IMG/VR virus record: IMGVR_UViG_3300037295_000223
Coordinates: 1-26,128 of that record
Origin: a virus
Taxonomy: Duplodnaviria > Caudoviricetes
Direction: 5' to 3' (one strand)
Length of the DNA stretch: 26,128 nucleotides
Of the stretch, positions 18,412-25,711 are shown one piece after another; within the stretch, counting starts at the first letter, position 1; each line of letters opens with the position of its first letter. The notes under the pieces were generated by a model. That model was not told the origin of the DNA. It saw only the letters and a list, made by a program, of their open reading frames with translations, and searched no databases. The position numbers and the translations under genes are program-made.

Positions 18412-19377
18412 TTACGCTGGCTTCTTAGTCAGAGGAGACTTAGTAAATCCTTCGCCTGCTGATTTGCCGCCAGTAAACTTGGCAGTTGTGTCAGCTTTGA
18501 TTCCGGACTTCTTTGGCTCAACTTTTACGTTGTCGCTTGGCGTATCATTCTTAGCAGCGTCGCCATGGTATGCGCCGTACTCGCCGCCTGTAGCCTTGCT
18601 GCCAAGAATGTTCTTTGCAGATCCGCCGTAATCCTTCCTGGATGGTGCGTGGGTATATGGCGACTGGGTTTGCTCAGCACCGAGTGGTGAGTTTTTACCA
18701 GTTCCGACTAGCTTTGCTGTACCTTTCTGGCCAGTGTCGCCTGTCTTGCTAAGAAACTGTGTTTCTTCATCTGCGCGGCTGCCCTTGACTTTCTTCTTTG
18801 CCTGTGGAGCAACGGCAAGTTTTGCCTTAGCTTTCTTTTCAAACATAGTAGCAACTACTTCGCCGACAACCTTGTCGTCACCAGTCATGTCTACCATATC
18901 ATCATCGCCGGCGTCCATGTCATCCATGTCGTCCATTTCTGCACCTAGATCAGCGTGCTGTGGCTCCATCATTTCTTCGCCCATTAGTGCGTCAAACTCG
19001 GCACGTAAATCGGCAAGTTGCGATTCTAGATCCTCAACGCGGTCCTCAACGTCGCCCTCTTCGGCGTCATCTTCCCCTTCGTCTTCTTCCTCTTCGTCAC
19101 TGGCTTCGCCGTCATTCTCTTCGTCAGTGCCGATTTCATCTTCGTCAGAAGAAATCTCATCTGTGAAATCTACGTTTGGTTCGCCACCAACTTCATCGCC
19201 TTCGTCCAGCTGTTCGTCATCAACTTCTGCTTCGTCGTCTTCTTCTTCGACAATGCTTTCATAAATCACACGAGCTTTTTCTACAATGATTTGGTGGAGA
19301 AGTTCAGCTGCCTTGTCTTGGTCTTCGGATAGAAGAAGACTCAAAACCTGCTCAAGCTTCTGTTGTTTTGTTGACAT
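18412..19377 (-). CDS. Acidic prohead core protein (gp67/68 positional equivalent); probable start ATG 19377
   Basis: Extremely Asp/Glu-rich centre and a Lys/Gly-rich C-terminal tail; directly upstream of gp21. AAGGAG lies 7 nt before ATG 19377, a better spacing than for GTG 19383. Confidence 0.7.
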   Translation of the reverse strand: MSTKQQKLEQVLSLLLSEDQDKAAELLHQIIVEKARVIYESIVEEEDDEAEVDDEQLDEGDEVGGEPNVDFTDEISSDEDEIGTDEENDGEASDEEEEDEGEDDAEEGDVEDRVEDLESQLADLRAEFDALMGEEMMEPQHADLGAEMDDMDDMDAGDDDMVDMTGDDKVVGEVVATMFEKKAKAKLAVAPQAKKKVKGSRADEETQFLSKTGDTGQKGTAKLVGTGKNSPLGAEQTQSPYTHAPSRKDYGGSAKNILGSKATGGEYGAYHGDAAKNDTPSDNVKVEPKKSGIKADTTAKFTGGKSAGEGFTKSPLTKKPA

Positions 19378-19433
19378 GCCCACTCTCCTTGATTCGTTAA
19401 AATTTTAAATAACCAATACTTTGGTATACGTTG

Positions 19434-19441
19434 TATTTAAC
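19434..19441 (-). promoter_or_regulatory. Putative late promoter variant GTTAAATA
   Basis: One mismatch to GATAAATA; intergenic, upstream of the head operon. Confidence 0.45.
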
Positions 19442-19510
19442 AAACCGGTGGGATAAGTGGGTAGATACGGTAGAAAAACCGCCACTTTTTAGGAATCTAA
19501 ACTGCTGATA

Positions 19511-19518
19511 TATTTAGC
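19511..19518 (-). promoter_or_regulatory. Putative late promoter variant GCTAAATA
   Basis: One mismatch to GATAAATA, in the same intergenic region. Confidence 0.45.
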
Positions 19519-19547
19519 TACGGTAAGCGAGCAGTAATACGCTAAGT

Positions 19548-19766
19548 TTATAGCCCGCCTGTGTCGCCAGACGGTGTCTGGCCATACATATCAGGTAGGA
19601 AATCTAAATGCTGTGCAGTGTCATATCTGGCAGCATCTCTGGATTTTCTGAGCTTCTGTAGATGCATCATCGTTAGTCTCGGGCGGCGTGTGTCGTCCAT
19701 ACTTGCCTGGCCGGCTTTATCATCAGCTGGGTCATAATATTCTACTAGTAGTTCTGTTGCTTTAAT
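19548..19766 (-). CDS. 72-aa head-module protein with a putative ATT start codon (not in ORF track)
   Basis: GAGG-8 nt-ATT AAA GCA ACA GAA CTA CTA GTA GAA... gives (M)KATELLVEYYDPADDKAGQASMDDTRRPRLTMMHLQKLRKSRDAARYDTAQHLDFLPDMYGQTPSGDTGGL followed by TAA. It has its own GATAAATA upstream and fills an otherwise empty gap. Confidence 0.75.
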   Translation of the reverse strand: MKATELLVEYYDPADDKAGQASMDDTRRPRLTMMHLQKLRKSRDAARYDTAQHLDFLPDMYGQTPSGDTGGL

Positions 19767-19793
19767 TTTAGGTACCTCTTCGATATATATGAA

Positions 19794-20231
19794 CTATTTA
19801 TCACGAACGAAGACAAATAGTTCTTCAAATCTACCGTCTTCGACATCTCGCAATGTATACCCTGAAATTTTAGATGCTAATTTTTTATAAAGCCGGCCGC
19901 GGTTTCCGTCTGACTTAACTGCTACGAATTCTATTATGTCAGGGGAATAATCGATTATTGTATCCCTGACACAATCTATAACAAACGCAAATACTTGCAT
20001 TTCGTTACCTGATCCAGTTTTGTCATACGTAGAGGTCTTGCCGTCAAGAGCTTTCTCAGAAAATTCTATAGTAGCAACTGTCTCGTCTTCGAACCCCTTT
20101 CCTATGTGAACCATGTAGACAATTTCCCGATTACCTATTTTGGTTTTTACTGTCGCACCGTTTGGTGACGAGCTCACAGTTTGCTTAGGAGCCAACGTAT
20201 TAAAACTTTCCTGAATTTCAGACAATCTCAT
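19794..20231 (-). CDS. Hypothetical protein, candidate internal head protein; probable start ATG 20231
   Basis: TGATG overlap with the portal stop. N-terminus MRLSEIQE resembles T4-type capsid-targeting leaders. Confidence 0.7.
   Translation of the reverse strand: MRLSEIQESFNTLAPKQTVSSSPNGATVKTKIGNREIVYMVHIGKGFEDETVATIEFSEKALDGKTSTYDKTGSGNEMQVFAFVIDCVRDTIIDYSPDIIEFVAVKSDGNRGRLYKKLASKISGYTLRDVEDGRFEELFVFVRDK
19795..19802 (-). promoter_or_regulatory. Putative late promoter GATAAATA overlapping the last codons (GAT AAA TAG) of the upstream gene
   Basis: TGATAAATA about 29 nt before the ATT at 19766, the same spacing seen at other operon starts. Confidence 0.65.
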
Positions 20232-21943
20232 CACTGACCCCCAAAGCTGTCCACTTCAGTGTCACTTACTTCGGTTCCCTGTGTATCGGCTTCCACGTCT
20301 AGATCATCATCGCCGGCGCCCATATCGTCAATACCTGAGCTTGTGATTCCTACATCGGACAATCCGGCTGCTGCGCCGCCGCCCACTGGATCAGTTGCAA
20401 AGGTTTTGGTGAGACGGCTTCTCTCTTCTTTCCACATTCTCTCATTTCTAGCCAATTGTTCTTCAGACCATCCCAGATATTCTGTAAGAATAAATCGCTT
20501 AGATACAAACGGCACGTCCATTAGTGCAGTGAATGTATTGATTCTGGCAGAATCAAGTTCTAATTTCCGATACTCCGAGAATGACTGACACGGTGTAAAT
20601 GCAAGGTCAAATAAGCTGCTGTCAATTGTTATTCCTCTAAACTTCAGAAATAACTTAAACTCTAAGTCAAGGGGCTCTATCGCCTGCTGCTGATATCGAG
20701 CCACGACTTTGGAGAATCTAAACTCTTGAATGAACGCAGTACCGACACGTCCGTCGCTCACTGATGCAGTGCCGTCCTCCGGCCCAGTTGGGAGATACGA
20801 ACTCGGAACACCGAGAGCCCTAAGCATCTTATTATTAAAATACCGTAAGTCGTCAATATCGCCCAAGTTTTCGCCGCCAGGTAGGACTTCAACCTTAGAT
20901 CCGCGACCCTCACTTGTCACTGCAAAGAAATAATCCTCGAGTATTGACATTGGATTGTACGTTGAATCGACAACGTTGGCACCACCACCAGTCCTGCTCG
21001 GTATACGCTTTTGCTGGACCTCATACCGTACCCTCTCCAGATACTGCTGGGCCTTGTTCGGCGGCATAGTACCGACGTCAATAAAGAACACTCTTCGCTC
21101 CGGGGCGCGGTGGATTCTATAGATGAGAATTGCATCTTCAAGTAACTCTTTCTGCTTATATACTTTGTATATTGTCTCAAGTATACTGAGGCCGAAAGGC
21201 CAAGCCGCATTCATACCCTCAGTTAGGGAAATTTGCACAATATGTTCAGCATCCACAGCCGTGGCGCCGCCTTCCTGGTAACTGGCGGTGCCGGCCCCGC
21301 CGTATCCACCCGACACGTAATTCATATTACCCTGCATCGGTGGCGAGAATACAATGCTGTTTGACCCAAACGCACTATTTGAAAGTTTGTTTAGTTGATT
21401 TGTTGCAACTAAGGATTTCATATTTAAGTCAATGTCTTTAACGAAATAACTTTCAATCTTCTTTCCGTCACTTTCATTGACAATGACCTTCTCGACCTTA
21501 CCCGGGTCAATCCAATACAATTTGAAAGTCTCTGGATCTCTGATAAAGAACTGATCTCCGTAAACAAGGGTGGAGCGGAATATTCTCCACAACCTGGCTG
21601 TCATTTTATTCAGCCTACACCATTGCCCCAGTGTTTTTTCCAGAATCTGGACCTCACTCGGAGTTGGCTCTTCGTTAAAACTTAAAACTAGAGGCAACTT
21701 TGTTACCTCGTCCGGCTCGGTCCCAAAATCTGCAATAGTATCGAGCGCAGCACTTATCTCATGGTCAAAGTTCATTTGATCATATACCGCATATCTCTGT
21801 AGTCTATCTGGGGGTCCGGAATATACCTCGGGCAACCAGTTATTGTATTTAGATGTAGATGCGTATGCCGATGTAGTGTCCACTGCTCGCTGAGCAACAG
21901 GCAAGACTGAGTTTACTGGGCGAAAGAATTTTTTCCAAGTCAT
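20231..21943 (-). CDS. gp20: Portal vertex protein (T4 gp20 family)
   Basis: EISAALD.IAD, LLEDAILIYRIHRAPERRVFFIDVGTMP..KA.QY, EDYFF...EGRGSKVEVLPGGENLGDIDDLRYF.NK..RAL.VP.S.L and QEFRFSK. Confidence 0.97.
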   Translation of the reverse strand: MTWKKFFRPVNSVLPVAQRAVDTTSAYASTSKYNNWLPEVYSGPPDRLQRYAVYDQMNFDHEISAALDTIADFGTEPDEVTKLPLVLSFNEEPTPSEVQILEKTLGQWCRLNKMTARLWRIFRSTLVYGDQFFIRDPETFKLYWIDPGKVEKVIVNESDGKKIESYFVKDIDLNMKSLVATNQLNKLSNSAFGSNSIVFSPPMQGNMNYVSGGYGGAGTASYQEGGATAVDAEHIVQISLTEGMNAAWPFGLSILETIYKVYKQKELLEDAILIYRIHRAPERRVFFIDVGTMPPNKAQQYLERVRYEVQQKRIPSRTGGGANVVDSTYNPMSILEDYFFAVTSEGRGSKVEVLPGGENLGDIDDLRYFNNKMLRALGVPSSYLPTGPEDGTASVSDGRVGTAFIQEFRFSKVVARYQQQAIEPLDLEFKLFLKFRGITIDSSLFDLAFTPCQSFSEYRKLELDSARINTFTALMDVPFVSKRFILTEYLGWSEEQLARNERMWKEERSRLTKTFATDPVGGGAAAGLSDVGITSSGIDDMGAGDDDLDVEADTQGTEVSDTEVDSFGGQ

Positions 21944-21951
21944 TTACTATC

Positions 21952-23973
21952 CTATGGTATGGTTCGTCTCAAAATTTCTTGATTAACTCCAACCAATTTG
22001 TTAATACTCTGTAGCTGCTGGTCAAGTAGAGATGTCTGATATGTTAATATACTATTTATCGACGATTTTTCGGATGGTGCGTCCGTTCCGGTAGAGCTAG
22101 GCAATCCGGTAGAAGAATCTATCGGTGTGGTTGGCGCGGCGGCTGCTGCTTCCTTGACTGCTGTTGGGCCACTTACTGCTGTCGGCTTCTTAGACGAGGT
22201 TATGGGTGTCGGGGCAAACATTGCGTCTATTTCTTTATTCTTGCCCGAGTTTAATGCATCGTAGATCACAGTCCCCAAGGTTGCGTGCTGGTCACCTGTC
22301 GTACTACGAATTGCGGAGTCTATCAATGGTGCAATAACGGCAGCACCAAGAGCATACCCCGCGACGCCAGCGGCGCCGATGGCACCGGCCTTGCCTAACA
22401 TACCCATGCTGGCACCAGCGCCCCTGGCACCAGCGCCAGCGCCCGATATAAGGAGTGACCTGGAGAATGCAAGCGCGCTCGCAGCCGCAGTGCCTACCGC
22501 AGCAACAAAGGCAGCTACTACCGCCACGCCACCGACCATTGTTAGCATTTCGCTACCAATATAGTCAGTGACAGAAGAAATGCCATCATTTAATGTGCCT
22601 ATACCCTCGGCAAGTAGATTTATCTGTTCAACACTGGGTGCAAATGCAGCCTGCAACTGACTTCCTAAGGTAGTAAGTTCAGTATTGAATGAATTAGTTG
22701 CGGCAGCAGTCTTATTGTTTGCAGTCGTTTGGGCGGTCGTTGCTTCATTGAGTCTCGAGGACATCTGTTGCATAGATGCCATTACATCCAGTGTCTCTTT
22801 TGCACCGGCTACCCCTGCCTTTAGATTTAATTGTTGGCGTGCAAATTCTTGACGCCAGCCATCAGTGTTAACCATACCGTCAACCCTGGTCCTCAACTCC
22901 TGGGGCGATAGTGTCGGAAGATCCTTACCAAATTGCATCATTTGTGAAGTGTATCTGCTACCCGCAGTTATCATATTGTCGACAGTCTCGTTCCTTACAC
23001 CCAGGCCTATCGATGAGTCGGCCACCAGTGACATCATCTTAGATTGCATAGTGGCGGAAAGACCAGCTACAGCTTCCATCGCATTTTGGGCAGCAGCAGG
23101 GCCCAGGATCGCAGCAGAGACTGCGACATCAGTCGTCTCAGCCATGGCTTTAGTTTGGGCCATTAGCTGGTCCCTTGATATACCCAAGGCTTGCGACGTA
23201 GATGTTAAGTTTTTGGCGAATCTAGTTGCCTCTACAGCTATCTGCTGCTCAGACTTGCGCCTCATGTTTGTGAAGTTAGATTGCGCGTCTAAATAGGCAG
23301 CTACGATATCTGGTGCATCTTTAATTGAGAAGCCGAAGCCGTTCAACTGTGTTGCGGCTTCGGCTGTAGCTTTAATAAATTTTCCGAAGCCAATAGAATT
23401 CACACCCTGAGAATACTTCTCAGCGGCAGCCTGAATATCCTCTAATCTCAATCCAGTCAATTTCACGGCGTTCTGCAGTGCCTGCATTGACGTTATCGTA
23501 GAATCGTTACCGTTCAGGACATTTATGCCGGACCTGTATAGACCGTCAAAAGTATCTATATACTGCCTATTCACTGCAATAACACGTTGCCCAACACTAG
23601 CTGCCAGGCCGAATATCTTCGAAGCCCTTTCCCAATTGGACAATCCTGCTGATGTTCTCTTATTCTCGTCCTCAGCGGCGGATGCCCTTCTCCTACGCTC
23701 TGCATCATCCGCAGCATTATTCCTAGATAACGATCTGGCAAGCCTCTCAAGTTCATCGTTCACAGACTGTATGTTGTCCGATGACATTCTGCTGCCAGGA
23801 CCGCCCGCTGCCTTTAATGCGTCAAAGGTTTTCTTCTGTATATCAAGAGATCTCCGAAGATGAGCTTCTATTAACTCTGCAGTCTTTTCAGTCGCCCAGG
23901 GTGGCAGCCCTTCATACGCAGCGGCAAACGCACCCTCGGCAACTCCATCAATGAATACAGAATTATCAGCCAT
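21952..23973 (-). CDS. Probable tail tape-measure/baseplate hub protein (gp29-like)
   Basis: 673 aa, Ala/Gln-rich and predicted helical, with hydrophobic Gly/Ala segments in the C-terminal third; lies divergent from the gp26/gp51 genes. Confidence 0.65.
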   Translation of the reverse strand: MADNSVFIDGVAEGAFAAAYEGLPPWATEKTAELIEAHLRRSLDIQKKTFDALKAAGGPGSRMSSDNIQSVNDELERLARSLSRNNAADDAERRRRASAAEDENKRTSAGLSNWERASKIFGLAASVGQRVIAVNRQYIDTFDGLYRSGINVLNGNDSTITSMQALQNAVKLTGLRLEDIQAAAEKYSQGVNSIGFGKFIKATAEAATQLNGFGFSIKDAPDIVAAYLDAQSNFTNMRRKSEQQIAVEATRFAKNLTSTSQALGISRDQLMAQTKAMAETTDVAVSAAILGPAAAQNAMEAVAGLSATMQSKMMSLVADSSIGLGVRNETVDNMITAGSRYTSQMMQFGKDLPTLSPQELRTRVDGMVNTDGWRQEFARQQLNLKAGVAGAKETLDVMASMQQMSSRLNEATTAQTTANNKTAAATNSFNTELTTLGSQLQAAFAPSVEQINLLAEGIGTLNDGISSVTDYIGSEMLTMVGGVAVVAAFVAAVGTAAASALAFSRSLLISGAGAGARGAGASMGMLGKAGAIGAAGVAGYALGAAVIAPLIDSAIRSTTGDQHATLGTVIYDALNSGKNKEIDAMFAPTPITSSKKPTAVSGPTAVKEAAAAAPTTPIDSSTGLPSSTGTDAPSEKSSINSILTYQTSLLDQQLQSINKLVGVNQEILRRTIP

Positions 23974-23996
23974 ATATAGATTTAATTATATCCCGT

Positions 23997-24004
23997 GATA
24001 AATA
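23997..24004 (+). promoter_or_regulatory. Putative late promoter GATAAATA for the gp26-like operon
   Basis: TGATAAATA upstream of AAAGGTG-ATG 24052. Confidence 0.65.
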
Positions 24005-24024
24005 AGTGAAAATAGTTCTAAAGC

Positions 24025-24032
24025 TATTTATC
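24025..24032 (-). promoter_or_regulatory. Putative late promoter GATAAATA for the tape-measure/portal operon
   Basis: TGATAAATA on the minus strand upstream of ATG 23973. Confidence 0.65.
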
Positions 24033-24051
24033 AAAAATTTAAAGGTGTGTA

Positions 24052-24900
24052 ATGGAACAAAATCTGCAAAAAGAAAACCCCCTGAAGCAATATTTCAGAA
24101 GCATCAAAATGTATATGGAATTGCCAAGTGGCACATCATATTACGAACCAGGCTCAATATCATTCACAGATCATGGTGAGGTAGGAATCATGCCCATGAC
24201 AGGCAAGGATGAGCTTGTTTTGAAGAATCCGGATGCGTTATATAATGGCGAGGCACTGATAGAGGTCATTGCAAGCTGTGTTCCTGCAATTAAGAATCCA
24301 CGAATTCTCCTAACCAATGATATCGATGCTTTGGTTACGGCGATCCGGCACTGCACATTTGAGAACTCTTTGGAGACAGAACTGGTCTGCCCGAAATGTA
24401 AGGCAACAAATTCTTACAAACTTAACCTACAGTATGCTCTTGACGGTATGGAAAAGTTGGAGCCCGAGTATGTTATTAATCTAGAATCAGGTCTCTCTGT
24501 ATTCATAAAGCCATATTCCTATCCCGACCTAATGATGTCACTACACGACGAGTTTGAACGTCGAAAAATCGGGCGCATTTTAGACAGTGACACCATCAGT
24601 GACGAAGATAGATCAAAGTTATTCACAAAGGCCTTCAAAGGATTGGCAGTGTCCAAATTCCAGTTACTGAAAGGGGCAGTAGTAAAAATAGTTGATGAAT
24701 CAAAGGGCGTGAATGTGTCAGACAAGGTATTCGTTAAGGAGTTCTTAGAAAATTCGGATAGGACCGTCATCGATAAGATAGATAGTATGGTGACTGAGAT
24801 AAATCAAATTGGGATTAGGCGAACGTTTACTGCCAAGTGTGTTAGCTGCGAGCATGAATGGGAAAGCAAGATAGACTTTAATCCTGTAAATTTTTCATAA
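24052..24900 (+). CDS. gp26: Baseplate hub assembly protein (T4-like gp26 family)
   Basis: NPLKQYFR...LPS, PMTGKDELVLKNPDAL.NG, D.DAL..AIR, two CxxC pairs (CPKC, CVSC) and C-terminal FNPVNF. Confidence 0.85.
   Translation: MEQNLQKENPLKQYFRSIKMYMELPSGTSYYEPGSISFTDHGEVGIMPMTGKDELVLKNPDALYNGEALIEVIASCVPAIKNPRILLTNDIDALVTAIRHCTFENSLETELVCPKCKATNSYKLNLQYALDGMEKLEPEYVINLESGLSVFIKPYSYPDLMMSLHDEFERRKIGRILDSDTISDEDRSKLFTKAFKGLAVSKFQLLKGAVVKIVDESKGVNVSDKVFVKEFLENSDRTVIDKIDSMVTEINQIGIRRTFTAKCVSCEHEWESKIDFNPVNFS
24888..24894 (+). other. Candidate -1 ribosomal frameshift heptamer A AAT TTT
   Basis: In-frame X XXY YYZ site, with one codon (TCA) between it and the gp26 stop. The -1 frame reads directly into the next ORF. 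Confidence 0.6.
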
Positions 24901-24905
24901 AGTCT

Positions 24906-25127
24906 TTGATGACGCTACCGCCGACAGATCTAGAAAAACTCATTGAGAGCATGTCGGCAGAATCAAAGGCTGTCAAAATGCAGGTAGCTGAGATTTGCTA
25001 TTACATGAATGGCGGGGTTGAATACAATAATGCATGGGGTATGAGTTTCGAAGATCGTGAAATGATGATATCGCTAATAAACAAGCGACGCAAGGAAATG
25101 AATCCAAACGGTAAGGAAATGTTGTAA
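24906..25127 (+). CDS. Small baseplate hub assembly protein (gp51-like as annotated in T4-like phages); possibly made only as a frameshift extension
   Basis: ICYYMNGGVEYNNAWGMSFEDREMMISLI resembles the small protein that follows gp26 in T4-like phages. No Shine-Dalgarno precedes TTG 24906 or ATG 24909. Confidence 0.7.
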   Translation: MMTLPPTDLEKLIESMSAESKAVKMQVAEICYYMNGGVEYNNAWGMSFEDREMMISLINKRRKEMNPNGKEML

Positions 25128-25135
25128 GGAATTAT

Positions 25136-25711
25136 ATGAACAGAAAACTAGAGATGCAAGATTTAGACATGCCAGTCGACGACATTGATTGTTGGAACAA
25201 GTATCCGAAACATCGCTGGGTGTATGAGTCGAGCCGACTTCTCGAATCTCAAAATATTAAGTGGAGTCCGTTCGAGACTGAAACTTTAGATAAGCAAATT
25301 GTTCTCATTAATCTAAAGAGTAGAAGACTACTGAATCGGCAATCAGGCACTATATGGATTAAATCTCAAGGTGGAAGATTCGCAGTCACCGAGACATACA
25401 TTGTTAAGGGCGAGATCAAGCTGATGCGACATATAGATGCAAAATGCCAGGAAGCAGCACCAGCAATGGTCGGAGAAGTGGAACTACGCATAAGCGCGTT
25501 CGTCTCACTATACTTTCAGAAATTTACCGGTGTAATCACGACAGAAACATACGGAAACGAAATACATCAACTGTCACTTCGCTCGTCGCCAGAATTGTTG
25601 GAAGAAAAAAATGCAGAAGTCATAAAGCTACTTAGACGTATATACAAGAAAACTGATATATCACTTAGTGGTCTTACAGACCAAGTTCTTCGTGAAACAC
25701 TCACTTCGTAA
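25136..25711 (+). CDS. Hypothetical phage protein
   Basis: 191-aa ORF with an AAGGA Shine-Dalgarno; N-terminal P.DD.DCW..YPKHRWVY motif; function unknown. Confidence 0.7.
   Translation: MNRKLEMQDLDMPVDDIDCWNKYPKHRWVYESSRLLESQNIKWSPFETETLDKQIVLINLKSRRLLNRQSGTIWIKSQGGRFAVTETYIVKGEIKLMRHIDAKCQEAAPAMVGEVELRISAFVSLYFQKFTGVITTETYGNEIHQLSLRSSPELLEEKNAEVIKLLRRIYKKTDISLSGLTDQVLRETLTS

Noticed and set aside
15440-21943. Introns, inteins or homing endonucleases in the capsid, protease or portal genes
   Set aside because: All three are uninterrupted and of plausible length, with contiguous family motifs.
17761-21954. Genome-wide TAG stop-codon reassignment
   Set aside because: TAG ends gp21 and the tape-measure-like gene at natural boundaries just before the next start, and conserved genes are intact under the standard code. 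Only the local in-frame TAG at 19794 remains a read-through possibility.
555-23863. Many plus-strand ORFs, some long (5728..6474, 6730..7377, 8345..9268, 18734..19264)
   Set aside because: Most are codon-aligned antisense shadows of Thr/Gly/Ala/Val- or Asp/Glu-rich minus-strand genes, whose codon usage suppresses antisense stops. None shows a recognisable motif.
24895-24912. Hairpin stimulator downstream of the slippery site (TCATAAAGTCTTTGATGA)
   Set aside because: It is weak, AU-rich, and starts immediately after the heptamer, so it would be inside the ribosome. Not counted as support.
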